45,930 nucleotides of DNA from a virus, in the IMG/VR virus record IMGVR_UViG_3300025600_000009. One strand, given 5' to 3'. Each line of letters opens with the position of its first letter. Position 1 is the stretch's first letter. Shown piece after piece: positions 31,421-42,335 of this stretch. The notes below the pieces were generated by a model that searched no databases, was not told the origin of the DNA, and saw nothing but the letters and a program-made list of their open reading frames with translations. The translations under genes were made by a program, and so were the position numbers.

Positions 31421-32366
31421 GCAAAGTCAAATCCATTAAGTGTTCATCATTATTGAACTTATGCTTGCACTTTTCAACAAGCATAAGATTGTTCAAGCTG
31501 ATGTCACCCAGGTTTAACTGAACCACAACCATTGAACCTGCTCTGACCCTGGTGTCACCAAGGGCATTGCTGATGGTCAAGTTTCTTGTTTTTTTGTTAT
31601 AAAGAGAAAGAAGGGCATCTGCTTTTGCTTTTCCATTTTCACCCTTTTCCAAAGTGTCATAGAATTGAAGAATGCCCCAGTTGTTCATATTATTTGTATC
31701 CTGTGCAATGTAAACATCCCTTTTTCCTGATTCCTCATTGTCAAATATAAGTTTGATCTTATTGTATGTTTCAGCATCAATGCTTGAAGTATAGTTGAAG
31801 TTTTCACCTGTTTCTTCATCAATCAATAAATTCACATACATGGATTGAATACTTTTCAAAGCAATCTTTCCAAAATCATCATATATAACAAACATTTCTT
31901 TTTTGTTATAAAGGGTCAGATCAAGTGCATTTTGGATCATGTCAACTAATGCAACATTATCTTCAACCCGGGATGCTATTTTATACCCTGTGTTTTCCAA
32001 AGTGCCTGTCTGCATATTGAAGTCAGAAGCAATCATTTGGATGAATTCACCTGCTGTCCTATTTGTATAAACATAGGTATCTTTATTCTTCAAATAACGC
32101 AACTGATCGTATGCTGTGACACTGATGATCCCTTCCTTTCCACGTTTTTTTATAAATACGAATCCATAAAAAATATTTTTACCATCCACTTTCAACCTAA
32201 CAGCATTTCCTTCTGTGAAGTTAATGATGGAATCTTTCAAAACATTGAAAGTAAGTTGACCAGGTGATCCCTTTCTTTCAGTTGACCAGGTGATCCCTTC
32301 TTCCACAATTGGAATATAGACCTTGTTTCCATTTTGAATTAATAGTTCAACATCCATTAAGATCAC
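31398..32366 (-). CDS. Baseplate hub, late-control-D-like (XkdQ-like)
   Basis: 322 aa. ITWSTERKGSPGQLTFNVLKD. Called from gene order. Confidence 0.55.
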   Translation of the reverse strand: MILMDVELLIQNGNKVYIPIVEEGITWSTERKGSPGQLTFNVLKDSIINFTEGNAVRLKVDGKNIFYGFVFIKKRGKEGIISVTAYDQLRYLKNKDTYVYTNRTAGEFIQMIASDFNMQTGTLENTGYKIASRVEDNVALVDMIQNALDLTLYNKKEMFVIYDDFGKIALKSIQSMYVNLLIDEETGENFNYTSSIDAETYNKIKLIFDNEESGKRDVYIAQDTNNMNNWGILQFYDTLEKGENGKAKADALLSLYNKKTRNLTISNALGDTRVRAGSMVVVQLNLGDISLNNLMLVEKCKHKFNNDEHLMDLTLRGGEFVA

Positions 32367-32369
32367 CCC

Positions 32370-33047
32370 CTAAACTGGAATGGTCAATACTTGACCGGGA
32401 TATATCAAATTTGGGTTCTTGACCTTATCCTTGTTTGCATTTGCAATTTTCATGTATTGACTTCCATTCCCATAATATTTCTTTGCTATTCCCCAAAGGG
32501 TATCACCTTTTACAACTGTATGTGTTTTTCCTGTTGTTTTAGGTGCAGGGGATGATTCCGCAGGTCTTGTTGCCTGAACTGTTGCTTTTGGTTTGGACTG
32601 TGTAAAGGTTACATTTGCAGTCTTTGTTCCATAATCTCTGAACTGTTTCAAGGTGATTGTAGCCAATAAGTCAAAACCTTCTTTTGAATCTTCCTTCACC
32701 TTGTAATCTTCCATTGAAACCTTCATGTTTGTGTCAAATAGCATTTTCCCATTTGGAAGGGTTCTTGTCACTATGAACTGGAATGGTTCTTGACTTGTTT
32801 TCAATGCTTCAAATTTTTCCATGTAGTATGAAGCTTTCTGAAATCCATCTTTGTATAATGCAAAGGGATATTGAACTTGTGGAATAAGAACATCAAAATC
32901 AACATCAGTCAATTTTGCTTTTTTTAAAATATTTATTTCCCCATCATTGATCAGGGTCAAAGTTTTGTTTTGGTTGTTGATCTTCAATTGCAGCTTGGAA
33001 GGTGCAATTGGCAACAACATTTTATCTAAGTAAAAATAATATGCCAT
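32370..33047 (-). CDS. LysM-domain tail protein (XkdP-like)
   Basis: 225 aa. C-terminal LysM HTVVKGDTLWGIAKKYYGNGSQYMKIANAN...IYPGQVLTIP. Confidence 0.75.
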   Translation of the reverse strand: MAYYFYLDKMLLPIAPSKLQLKINNQNKTLTLINDGEINILKKAKLTDVDFDVLIPQVQYPFALYKDGFQKASYYMEKFEALKTSQEPFQFIVTRTLPNGKMLFDTNMKVSMEDYKVKEDSKEGFDLLATITLKQFRDYGTKTANVTFTQSKPKATVQATRPAESSPAPKTTGKTHTVVKGDTLWGIAKKYYGNGSQYMKIANANKDKVKNPNLIYPGQVLTIPV

Positions 33048-35668
33048 TAACTATGCACCCCTTCCGCTGCTTTTTCCATAGCTTCATTTACACCTTCACC
33101 AAGGTAATTAATTACACCATCTAAATCCATTTCATTGTTTATAGTATTTTGCATTCCAGTCATATCCACCTTGATTTCCGCAGTGGTGAACCTGTTGATC
33201 ACTTCCATTTCAGCAAGATCACGCATATATTTAAGATCTTCTGATGAAATATCCACTGAATCTTTAATTGCACCAGTGTTTTCAGCAGTGTCAGCAATGT
33301 TGGATGGAATATTTGATGATGCATAGTCATTTGGATCAGGGATGTTTCCACCGCCACCAAATAAACTTGCAGGATCAAAGTTTGAAACTGCCTTATCAAT
33401 ACCTTCACCCACTGAATAACCTGCATCATAAGCATCACCATATTCAAATCTGTCCATGTGAAGTGATGCTGCATCCATCCTTGGAACTTTGATTTCTGCT
33501 TCACCAACTAAGTCAGTGACCATTCCTTTCAGGTCACTTCTCCAACCACTGACTGCATCTGCCAGGTGTGAACCAAACAGTGTGTCAATAGCTGATGCAA
33601 TACCTTCCAGGATTCCAAGCACTGTGTCTGCCATACCTGCAAATAATCGAACTATTGAACCAATTGGATCATTGAATACATTAGCAAAGAATTCAGCAAA
33701 GTTTGCAATGTGATTCCAAATGATTGCCACCAAATCAATGATTAAGTTTATCAGTACCACAAACAGATTTCCAATGAATGCTGCTGCAACTGCCAGGACA
33801 CCAACAATTATTCCAGTTGCACTGACTGATGTTCCTGCAAATTTATTGAATGCTGCCACCGCCAAATATATTGCAGCTATTACTGCAATGATAATAATTA
33901 AGATCCACACAAGAGGACAAGCAAGCAATGCTGTATTAAACCCATACTGTGCTGCTGTTGCTGCAAAGGTTGCACCTGATTCCATTGCCAGTGCTGCTGC
34001 ATGAACCCCTGCCTGGAATGCTGCAATTGCTTTTATTCCGTTTGAAATTCCTTGAACCACATTGTATGCCACCAATGCTGCTGTATATATTCCAAGTGCA
34101 GTTGCTACACCCAGGATAATTGGTGAAAGTAGTGACCAGTTGTCTGCCATGAAAGAACTTAACTGTGTTATTAGATTAAACATTCCAATAACCACCCCTG
34201 AAACAACAACCAGTGCATCTGTGATCCCTGAAACCATTGTTCCAAATGCATCACTGTTTGCGATCTCATTCAATCTGTCAAGGACTGGATCAAATGCCAT
34301 TAATGCATCATTTTGAATACTGGTTGCAATCTGACCAAAGGTCTTTGGCATTTTATCAAATTGTGCATTGACTTCATCTGTTGCTGATAATAAAGCATTT
34401 TTTACAATGCTTGCTGTGATCTCACCATCTGATGCCATATCCCTTATCTTACCAATTGGAACATCCAAATAATCTGCAATGGACTGAATCACGTTTGGAG
34501 CTGCTTCAAATACTGCATTCAGTTCTTCACCACGCAACACACCTGATCCCAAAGCTTGGGTCAACTGCAAACTTGCTGAACTAATTTCCTGTTGTGAAGC
34601 ACCTGCAATAACGAACATTTTATTCAAGTTTTCAGCAAATGCAATTGTTTCTTGATTAGATTTAAAAGCATCACCTGCCCTTTGACCTAACTTTGCAACA
34701 ACATCCGCTGTACCTGCATAAGATGATCTTGACCTTTCAGCAGATAAATAAATTTGATCTTGAAGTTGAGTGGTTGTTTGCAACCCATCATTCATCAAGT
34801 CCAACCTTGCAGTGGTTTGGGTCATTTGATCTGATATACCAAGAATCTTTCCTGCTGTTTGAAATGTTAAATATGCAGCAGCCATTGCAATTATTTTGCT
34901 TTCAAGACCACTTGCTGCACTTGTTCCATCCCTGATTTGAGTATTGAATTGACCTTGTGCCCCAACATTATCCCTGATATATCTTTCAGTTCCACCAATG
35001 GTTGTTGACAACCTGGTATATGCTTGATTTGCTTCACCAACATCCATTCTTTGGACTGCCTGGTTCAGATCATCTTGCTGCTGAACTGCCTGACTTAATT
35101 GATGCCTTAATTGTTCCAGTTCACTGTTTGCCAAATCAGTTCCCATGTTCATTGGATTGCTTTCAATTTGTTCAATTGTAGTTCTAATTCTTTGAATTCT
35201 TCCTTGCATTGCATTTAGATCATTAACCATGTTTTCCGGGAATATATCTGTGTTGCTTGCTTGAAGTGCAATTTGTTCTTGGGTATTGTTCAAGTTGTTC
35301 AACATTGAATTTGTTGATTGAACTTCTTGCTGAAATCTTTCAATTCCAGTGTTTGTGAATACTTCCATGCTGTCTGATTGCCAGGTGATGGGAACTGGAA
35401 CTGGTGCTTGGGTTGGAACACTTGATTGTGGAACATCAACATTTGGTGTAATTACTTGACTAAGGGAATCTGATAAATTATTAATTGCCATTGTTGCCTG
35501 ATTTGCTTGATCCCTTGCTGCTTCCAAACTGGAAGAATCGAAGGAATTATTTGCTGCTGATTGCATATCTTCAAAAGAACTGATAGTCAGGTTCAAAGCA
35601 TTGGTTATATGCATCAGTGGTGCTGAAATACTGTCCATAAGTTCAATCTGTGTTCTAATACTTGCCAT
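33047..35668 (-). CDS. Tape measure protein
   Basis: 873 aa. Long helical, Gln/Ala-rich protein with a central hydrophobic block. Lies after the chaperone pair. Confidence 0.85.
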   Translation of the reverse strand: MASIRTQIELMDSISAPLMHITNALNLTISSFEDMQSAANNSFDSSSLEAARDQANQATMAINNLSDSLSQVITPNVDVPQSSVPTQAPVPVPITWQSDSMEVFTNTGIERFQQEVQSTNSMLNNLNNTQEQIALQASNTDIFPENMVNDLNAMQGRIQRIRTTIEQIESNPMNMGTDLANSELEQLRHQLSQAVQQQDDLNQAVQRMDVGEANQAYTRLSTTIGGTERYIRDNVGAQGQFNTQIRDGTSAASGLESKIIAMAAAYLTFQTAGKILGISDQMTQTTARLDLMNDGLQTTTQLQDQIYLSAERSRSSYAGTADVVAKLGQRAGDAFKSNQETIAFAENLNKMFVIAGASQQEISSASLQLTQALGSGVLRGEELNAVFEAAPNVIQSIADYLDVPIGKIRDMASDGEITASIVKNALLSATDEVNAQFDKMPKTFGQIATSIQNDALMAFDPVLDRLNEIANSDAFGTMVSGITDALVVVSGVVIGMFNLITQLSSFMADNWSLLSPIILGVATALGIYTAALVAYNVVQGISNGIKAIAAFQAGVHAAALAMESGATFAATAAQYGFNTALLACPLVWILIIIIAVIAAIYLAVAAFNKFAGTSVSATGIIVGVLAVAAAFIGNLFVVLINLIIDLVAIIWNHIANFAEFFANVFNDPIGSIVRLFAGMADTVLGILEGIASAIDTLFGSHLADAVSGWRSDLKGMVTDLVGEAEIKVPRMDAASLHMDRFEYGDAYDAGYSVGEGIDKAVSNFDPASLFGGGGNIPDPNDYASSNIPSNIADTAENTGAIKDSVDISSEDLKYMRDLAEMEVINRFTTAEIKVDMTGMQNTINNEMDLDGVINYLGEGVNEAMEKAAEGVHS

Positions 35669-35700
35669 TTTCTTTCACCTGCCTTTCATATTAAAATAAA

Positions 35701-35729
35701 AGAAATAGGGAAGAACAGACCCTATTTCT
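35701..35729. terminator. 10-bp-stem hairpin with T-rich flanks between the chaperone and tape-measure genes
   Basis: agaaataggg pairs with ccctatttct, 9-nt loop. T-runs follow on both strands. It overlaps the stop of the frameshift product. Confidence 0.4.
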
Positions 35730-36338
35730 TTTTAGATTTATTTTCTAATTCTTTTTGTTTTTTCTTTTCTGAATCAATTTTTATTTGAATAGAAGCAATA
35801 ATGAATGCTTTTTCATTTTCTTCCAGTTCAACGAATTGAGAAGGTAACATGTGAAATTTGTGAAGGCAATAATAAGCAATAGTTGAATCACTATCACCTT
35901 CACTTATTAGTTTTTTGCTTCTTCAACCTTGTCATCCAATGTAGTATTGAACCCATTAAACTTCTGAATGAATGAAGCAAGGTCATTGTATTCACCAGGA
36001 TCATCAATAATTTCCTTCAAAAGATCATCCGGGGTTTTCACACCATACGAATCTTGAAGGTCAGCATCATACAAGTTTGGTTCAGCAATTGAAGCAACCA
36101 TCATCTTTGAAAGATAATCACTTGTGTTCAATTTTGGTCTGAACATGTTTGGTTTTCCTTTGACTGGAACTTCCATTGTACAAGCTTCACGAATGGTTTC
36201 ATTTTCTTTTGTTGTTAGTGGTTTGATCTGCCATTCTAAAGGTTTCCCTGTTTCATCTAATAGGGATTTTGTTGCCGGGAAGGTTGTATTTTCTTTAACC
36301 TTTTTATTTTTCTTTAAAAATAGACTTAAATTTGACAT
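35722..36338 (-). CDS. Tail assembly chaperone, -1 frameshift extension product
   Basis: Slippery heptamer A_AAA_AAC at 35916-35910. The -1 frame stays open for 65 codons (..SEGDSDSTIAYYCLHKFHMLPSQFVELEENEKAF..) to TAG at 35724-35722. Confidence 0.65.
35907..36338 (-). CDS. Tail assembly chaperone (XkdN-like), zero-frame product
   Basis: 143 aa. Lies between the tube and tape-measure genes. Ends ...EEAKN on a slippery A AAA AAC. Confidence 0.75.
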   Translation of the reverse strand: MSNLSLFLKKNKKVKENTTFPATKSLLDETGKPLEWQIKPLTTKENETIREACTMEVPVKGKPNMFRPKLNTSDYLSKMMVASIAEPNLYDADLQDSYGVKTPDDLLKEIIDDPGEYNDLASFIQKFNGFNTTLDDKVEEAKN

Positions 36339-36415
36339 AGTGTTTCACCTTGTCCTTTCAAATTTTGGTATAAAAACCCCTGCCCACAATGAAGTTGGCA
36401 GGGGTTTTTAGTTTA

Positions 36416-36892
36416 TTAAAGCATTCCATTAAGATTTGCGAATGATTCAGGCATTTTGAAATCTTCAAAAGTACCTTCAATATCTTCATCCAGGTATTCA
36501 CCATCAGCATCAAACTTGGATAATACACCGCCATCAGTATTGCAGTCCATATATACAATGGTTTGTCTGCCTGCTGCTGATGCAGGGTCATCATTGGTGA
36601 TCTGAATTTCAAAGTAAGTATCAATACCAGTGTTTTTATAGTCAAGCATTGCCTGTCTAAAAATTGACTGGTTGTAATGTGCTGTACCTGAAAAAGTACC
36701 TGCAAGACCAACTGTTTTGTTTCCTTCCATGATCCTTCCAAGGATAGGAACTTTGGTCTTTGTTTTATCAAGCTTTCCTTCAAAGTCGATCATCTGCATG
36801 AAATTATATCTGTTACCATTGATGGTAACAAAACATTCAGCAAGTTTTGCTGAAACAGTATCTTTTGCTTTCATAGTTACATTATTGATCAT
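36416..36892 (-). CDS. Tail tube protein (XkdM-like)
   Basis: 158 aa. Directly downstream of the sheath gene. N-terminus AKLAECFVTINGNRYNFMQMIDFEGK is typical. Confidence 0.8.
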   Translation of the reverse strand: MINNVTMKAKDTVSAKLAECFVTINGNRYNFMQMIDFEGKLDKTKTKVPILGRIMEGNKTVGLAGTFSGTAHYNQSIFRQAMLDYKNTGIDTYFEIQITNDDPASAAGRQTIVYMDCNTDGGVLSKFDADGEYLDEDIEGTFEDFKMPESFANLNGML

Positions 36893-36909
36893 TTATTTTC
36901 ACCCCTTCC

Positions 36910-38217
36910 TTATGCTACAACTACTGTCATATAAAGTTGTGCCATTGTATTCACAACAGTCACAAAATCACTGACAACAACAGATTTCTTTGTATTTCCT
37001 TGATCAACAGTCACATCAGCATCACTGAAATCTTCAATTGCTCTGATTTCCTGCAACTGTTCATGATGTTTCACAATATCTGCCCAAAGACTAATTCTTC
37101 CTGCTGCATCATTTGGAACAGTGCCAAGATATTTGGTATTGAATAGGACTGCAATGTCATTTGCAATCTGATCCACAACCCTGACTGTTTGATTGTCTTT
37201 GAAAATCTCACCCTTGGTGTCTGAAACAGTTACCAGGGAATTGATGTCAGAAAGAACACGAATGTCAAATCCAACTTTATGAAGTGTAAATTCACCTGCA
37301 AGGATTGCTGCTTCAAGCTGTGCTTGGGTGTAGTCTGCTGCAATAGTAAATTCACCATCATATTTCTTGTTCAGGTTGGACTTGTTCACTTCACATCCGG
37401 CAATGATACCAGTTACCCAGTATACAAGGGATGCTGCATTTTCACCTGCATCACTGACTGTATTCTTGACATTGACAACACCTTCATAGTCAGCAGCCTT
37501 TACATGAACAACTGCTTGGAACTTCTGACCAACATCATCACGAAGTCTTTTATTGAAGTTGATGTATAATCCTTTGATTGTTTCATCTGTTGTAACAACA
37601 CCCATTGCATTGTAAGAAAATGCTTCAATCTTATCCAGGAAGTTCTGATGTGAAGTTCCATCAACTGTTCCATTTGTACCAGTTGCAAGTGGGGTTGAAG
37701 CTGTAACTGCAAGAACCGCAGCAGGTTTGAAAGTAACATAATCATTTGCGATCAGACCTGCTGCTGTTGCAACTGTTTGTGTATCAACCAATGTTGTTCC
37801 AATCAAAGTCTTTACATCAAAGTTTGCAGGAACATCAACATTTGCTGAAATAACAATTTTCAGATCATTTCCACGAATACCACAATACTTTGCAGTTGCA
37901 AAAGTATTTGTTGCCTTAACACCACCGCTTGTCAATCTGTAAGCGAATAATGTTTTAACATTTAAAAATAGATCTCTAAGACCTTTCAATTTATCATGTC
38001 CATAATCATAACCAAAGATCTTCAATGAATTCTTCTGAAAATCTGCCTTGGTTACTTCAAAGACTGCACTTTCAACACCCCAGTCAAGTTCCAGTGCCAT
38101 TGCTGCAACACCCCTGTTTGAAAGGGATGCACTTGCTCTTGCCAAAGAAACAAAGTTTATATAAGATCCTGGAAGCACTTTGTTCTGTGTGACGAATGTT
38201 CCACCACCTAATGCCAT
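36910..38217 (-). CDS. Tail sheath protein (XkdK-like)
   Basis: 435 aa. MALGGGTFVTQNKVLPGSYINF is a characteristic sheath N-terminus. Confidence 0.85.
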   Translation of the reverse strand: MALGGGTFVTQNKVLPGSYINFVSLARASASLSNRGVAAMALELDWGVESAVFEVTKADFQKNSLKIFGYDYGHDKLKGLRDLFLNVKTLFAYRLTSGGVKATNTFATAKYCGIRGNDLKIVISANVDVPANFDVKTLIGTTLVDTQTVATAAGLIANDYVTFKPAAVLAVTASTPLATGTNGTVDGTSHQNFLDKIEAFSYNAMGVVTTDETIKGLYINFNKRLRDDVGQKFQAVVHVKAADYEGVVNVKNTVSDAGENAASLVYWVTGIIAGCEVNKSNLNKKYDGEFTIAADYTQAQLEAAILAGEFTLHKVGFDIRVLSDINSLVTVSDTKGEIFKDNQTVRVVDQIANDIAVLFNTKYLGTVPNDAAGRISLWADIVKHHEQLQEIRAIEDFSDADVTVDQGNTKKSVVVSDFVTVVNTMAQLYMTVVVA

Positions 38218-38218
38218 A

Positions 38219-38431
38219 TTATTTCACCTTTCCTTTCATGAATTCATCCATCAAGGTGTCAGCCTGGTCAAAGGAATATTCTTTTCCTTCTTCAAGCAGC
38301 ACCCCAAGGATGTCTTTTCTATTTCTGTATTTGTTAGCTGATAGAAGCTGTTCTTTTGAAAAGGTTTGAACTTGTTCAACTTGTTCAACTTCAAGATCAT
38401 CAGCAGGTTTTAATTTTGCCATTTTTATCAT
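38219..38431 (-). CDS. Hypothetical small structural-module protein
   Basis: 70 aa ORF, coupled to its neighbours. Confidence 0.45.
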   Translation of the reverse strand: MIKMAKLKPADDLEVEQVEQVQTFSKEQLLSANKYRNRKDILGVLLEEGKEYSFDQADTLMDEFMKGKVK

Positions 38432-38859
38432 CCTTTCGCATCAGCATTGATTTCCATATCTTCCATAAGATCCTTTGATTCAACCTTGTAAACAAACATG
38501 TCATAGTTCACAAAGAAGTTCAAAACACCATCAACAACTTCACCTTTCATCTTTGATCCCCGGGTCAGATCATCTGTGACTGTGATCAGTTCCAAGCAAC
38601 CATATAATCTTTCAAGGACTGCATTGCATTCACTGTTTGCTTCATCAGTAGAAGGGAAGTATTGGATGCAAAACTGATTTGTCCTTAAATATCTTTTATT
38701 CAAGAAAAGTTCATTTGTTGGGTTCAGGCATAAAACAGAAAAACAAGGTTCTTTCAAACCCTGTTCCAAGCTTTCTGTATAAATTTCATAGCCATCACCA
38801 AATTCAGAATTGATGGACACACTGACTGCATCAATTATTTTATTTATCATTTGAAGCAT
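38428..38859 (-). CDS. Tail-completion/neck protein (position-based call)
   Basis: 143 aa. Position between the gp10-like protein and the sheath. Confidence 0.4.
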   Translation of the reverse strand: MLQMINKIIDAVSVSINSEFGDGYEIYTESLEQGLKEPCFSVLCLNPTNELFLNKRYLRTNQFCIQYFPSTDEANSECNAVLERLYGCLELITVTDDLTRGSKMKGEVVDGVLNFFVNYDMFVYKVESKDLMEDMEINADAKG

Positions 38860-39350
38860 TCCCCCAGTTTCTTCACCAATTTTCTTTCAAGGATGCCTGG
38901 TGCAGCAACTTCAAGTTCTTGTTCAGATATTGTCAGCATGAACCTTCCACTGACCCAACCTTCATGATTCCGGGTTCTGTGTCCAAATTCCACATAGGAT
39001 GCATAATTCAATGGGTTCACTATTTCAATAACATAAGTGTCACCATAATGGTTCACCTTCAATGTTTCAACATACTGTGAAGCACCCTTTGTTTTTCCAC
39101 CTTCTGAACCACTTCCACTTGCCTGTGTTGTCCATCCTCTTCTTAATGTACCACCTTTTTTTCCTGAACTTTTAGGGTACTGACCAACTGGTGTTCTTTT
39201 AATGACCTTTGCCAAAAGCCTTGCTGCAAGTTCTTTTGCACAAGCTTCAATGAAAGCATTAACTTCACTTTCGTTCAACTTGTTCAATTTCTCTTGAAAC
39301 TTTTTAAGATCACCAAAGTTGCACCCACCAAACCTTCCCATTATGCCCAC
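38847..39350 (-). CDS. HK97 gp10-family head-tail joining protein
   Basis: 167 aa. FIEACAKELAARLLAKVIKRTPVGQY... and ASYVEFGH are typical of the gp10 family. Confidence 0.6.
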   Translation of the reverse strand: MGIMGRFGGCNFGDLKKFQEKLNKLNESEVNAFIEACAKELAARLLAKVIKRTPVGQYPKSSGKKGGTLRRGWTTQASGSGSEGGKTKGASQYVETLKVNHYGDTYVIEIVNPLNYASYVEFGHRTRNHEGWVSGRFMLTISEQELEVAAPGILERKLVKKLGECFK

Positions 39351-39715
39351 CCCTTAAATAATTCAAGAACAATTTCTTGATGGGTATTGAATGGGGCAGG
39401 TTGACCACTGTTTTTATATTCAGTTGTGATGCCATTCTGTGTGATGGTCAGCTTTGATCCTGGTTTGATTTGGATTTCAGGTGCAATCAGGACTTTTGCA
39501 GTTTGAACCACCATTGCAGCAGCTTCACCCTGAATTGTGTTTGTTATTTTGGAAAAGGAAAGCTTGCAGGGTTGATCAGTAACAACTGGAACTTCTCTGT
39601 GACCAGTGGACTTATTTTCTTTTTTAAAAGATTGATATTCACTGATCGTACATTTTCCAGTGTAGGTCATTTCAATTGCTTGTCTGACCATTACCACTTG
39701 ATTTTCCGATAACAT
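39341..39715 (-). CDS. Head-closure / head-tail adaptor protein
   Basis: 124 aa. Called from gene order after the connector. Confidence 0.5.
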   Translation of the reverse strand: MLSENQVVMVRQAIEMTYTGKCTISEYQSFKKENKSTGHREVPVVTDQPCKLSFSKITNTIQGEAAAMVVQTAKVLIAPEIQIKPGSKLTITQNGITTEYKNSGQPAPFNTHQEIVLELFKGWA

Positions 39716-40143
39716 GCAAACTCACCCCTTCCTTTTGTTATCAAGTAGGAGAGAAGGGCATCCAACCTTTGTTCAGGTGTCATTGAACCTTGACCAACTG
39801 CAAATGTTACTGTTGTATCACCTGCCTGGACTGATTTCAATGCTGCATCCAAATTGAAGCCTTCTAATTTTCCACTTTGTTTCTTTAAGAATAAAAATTC
39901 ACCGCATATCATATCAATAGCTTCTTGATTTAAACCATCAGGGATTGAAGTGACATTGCATGAATTCTTGATATTGTTTTCTACCTTCTGAATTGCAAAG
40001 CTTATTGCCCAGTCATCTGATTCTGTTATTGCATAACCAAGTGATCCAAGTCTTTTATATACCTTATCAATGAATTCAGATCCAACAGTTGAAACAAGAC
40101 TTATGTTTTGTTGAAGTGCAGCAATTCTTTCTTCAATAGTCAT
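39691..40143 (-). CDS. Head-tail connector (gp6-like) protein
   Basis: 150 aa. First gene after the major capsid. Confidence 0.5.
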   Translation of the reverse strand: MTIEERIAALQQNISLVSTVGSEFIDKVYKRLGSLGYAITESDDWAISFAIQKVENNIKNSCNVTSIPDGLNQEAIDMICGEFLFLKKQSGKLEGFNLDAALKSVQAGDTTVTFAVGQGSMTPEQRLDALLSYLITKGRGEFACYRKIKW

Positions 40144-40166
40144 ACAACATCACCCCTTTCATTTGA

Positions 40167-41354
40167 TTAACCCCTTGAAACGATTCTTGCAATAGGGATT
40201 GCTTTGTGATCAAAATATTTACCATTGCCATCATTCACAAGTACCCAGTTTGCAGCAGTTTTCAGTTCTGCATCTGTTGGGGAATTGGTTGCTACTGATG
40301 ACTTTGTGAAGCTGATTCCATAAGGTGCAAAAACCTTTCTTTGTCTGCTGTAAAGATAAGTCTGACCACCATTGGTCTTTTCATCCCTTACCATAGCATA
40401 AGGAACTTCTGCACCAATATCTTCATAGTCAAATGCACCATTACCAAGAACATAAGTAGTGTATTTAGTGTAAGCATCAGCAGTTAATTCATAGTATGTT
40501 GCAATGTTGGCAACAAGAGGGGATGCAACAACAGTGTAAACATAAGATCCTGCTGATCCACTTCTTGTGTAATATGTTTTAGCAGCATCAAGTGCTTCAT
40601 CAGCAGTGATTGTGTAAACATCAGCAACATCAACTGTTGGCATACCATCATCAATTATAACTGCTCTACCATTCCAAGTTGCAAGTTCAAGCTGTCTTTC
40701 AATACCAAGTGCATCAGTGTATGTCATGTATGCAAGCAACTTCAAGTTTTCAAGGTTGGTTGCAATAGCTGAATGCATGATGGAAATAGTAAACTTGGAC
40801 TTCTTGTCACCTGATGCCTTCTGAATAGCAGTGTTCAATGTTGAAGCATTAACCACACCACCAACAGATCCGCTGATGTCATAGGTGTGACCAGTTACAA
40901 ACTTCAAGTTTGCAGCACCAGTCATTGAGAAGATACCTTCTAAGATTGCAAGCAATGTGTCCTGGTCAATTTCATCCCAGTATTCTGCAACCTGTCTTGC
41001 TACATTGGACATAAAACCTGCACCGCCTGTTGCATCTTCTGCAAAGTCATTTTCAACCCATGCCTTTGCTCTACCAATAACAATGACACCACGTTCATAT
41101 GTTACTGTGCTTGTTGCTGTGATGTCAGTTGCACCATCATAGTTCAATGGTGTACCATCAATTCTTCCATACATTGGAATGGTTGCAAATACAACCCCTG
41201 TCTGTCCACTGAATGCTTGTTTAATTTGACTATTGCTCTGCAATGCCTTGGACTTAATCAGTTCGTTCTTTTTAAGCTTTGGAACAATATCAACGTACTT
41301 TCCAAATGCTCTGTCATTAAATGTTTTTGAATCGAATTTTGCCATTTTTATCAT
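40167..41354 (-). CDS. Major capsid protein
   Basis: 395 aa. Immediately after the scaffold gene. Ala/Thr/Gly-rich composition typical of coat proteins. Confidence 0.8.
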   Translation of the reverse strand: MIKMAKFDSKTFNDRAFGKYVDIVPKLKKNELIKSKALQSNSQIKQAFSGQTGVVFATIPMYGRIDGTPLNYDGATDITATSTVTYERGVIVIGRAKAWVENDFAEDATGGAGFMSNVARQVAEYWDEIDQDTLLAILEGIFSMTGAANLKFVTGHTYDISGSVGGVVNASTLNTAIQKASGDKKSKFTISIMHSAIATNLENLKLLAYMTYTDALGIERQLELATWNGRAVIIDDGMPTVDVADVYTITADEALDAAKTYYTRSGSAGSYVYTVVASPLVANIATYYELTADAYTKYTTYVLGNGAFDYEDIGAEVPYAMVRDEKTNGGQTYLYSRQRKVFAPYGISFTKSSVATNSPTDAELKTAANWVLVNDGNGKYFDHKAIPIARIVSRG

Positions 41355-41381
41355 CCTTCCTTTTCTTCTTAAATTTTAGTT

Positions 41382-41987
41382 TTAGATTTCTGCATCAGGG
41401 TTTTCAGCCATGTAAGTGGCAAGTTCTTCATATGACATTTTAGTCACATCAACTTTTCCATCAGGATCTTCCTTGCCAGTTTCACCAGGTGTTGCACCCT
41501 TGATCTTTGTTTTTTTGGTTTCAGTGTCGAACAAGAACTTTGAATCCTCTGCTGCTGAAAGTTTCTTGATTTGGTCATCCAAACCTTTGATTGATCCATC
41601 ATCTGCAAGTTCTGCTTTTGTCAGATCAAGAAGTGCCTTAACTGCTTTTTCATTCTTTGCTTTTGAAGAACTAAGTGCAGCCGAAACAGCAGCATCAATC
41701 TTCAATTGTTTAAGTTCAGCAGCATGGGTTTCATCCTTGGTCTTGTTATCCGTTTGAAGGGTTTCAATTGTTTTTTTCATTGTTTCCACATCACCTGTGG
41801 AATTTTTCAATGTTTCAAGTTGGGTGTCCCTTTCACGAACATCAAGTTCAAGTTTCTTCTTGTCATTGTTGATTTCATCAAATCTTGCTTTTGGAATATA
41901 TCCCTTCAATTCTTCTGCCGAAGCATCAGCAACTTTCTTTGCATTTTCTTCATCAAGTCCTAATTTCAATAATTCATCTTTCTTCAT
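41382..41987 (-). CDS. Scaffolding protein (GP20-like)
   Basis: ATG at 41987. MKKDELLKLGLDEENAKKVADASAEELKGYIPKARFDE... is a typical phage scaffold N-terminus. The longer track ORF begins at a TTG. Confidence 0.75.
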   Translation of the reverse strand: MKKDELLKLGLDEENAKKVADASAEELKGYIPKARFDEINNDKKKLELDVRERDTQLETLKNSTGDVETMKKTIETLQTDNKTKDETHAAELKQLKIDAAVSAALSSSKAKNEKAVKALLDLTKAELADDGSIKGLDDQIKKLSAAEDSKFLFDTETKKTKIKGATPGETGKEDPDGKVDVTKMSYEELATYMAENPDAEI

Positions 41988-42200
41988 GGTTTTTACCATC
42001 CTTTCAAATTCATTTTTAACCTGGTTCAGTCCAGTTTTATTTGTCTTGTTCTTTAACGTCAACAATACCAAAATGACGATTGATGTTTTAACCCAAACAC
42101 CAGGGAGATAGTTGGATCACCGCCTTTCAATCATATTTTTGATTGATGCATTTCAACAATATCATTTAGTAATCATCACCTTCTTTTTCATGAAAAGTGC

Positions 42201-42248
42201 ATAAAAAATGACCTCATATAATGCCCATATAAGCATTATAAAAAGGTC
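42201..42248 (-). terminator. Intrinsic-terminator-like hairpin inside the head module
   Basis: gacct/aggtc and ataatgc/gcattat stems, 8-nt loop. On the minus strand it is followed by ATTTTTTAT. Confidence 0.5.
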
Positions 42249-42335
42249 TTTAATATGTTTGTACCCATTGATTTTACTGCATTTCTGAAAATTTCTTCAT
42301 TAAAAAAGCATCTTGCAAAATTGCAGGGTGCTTCA

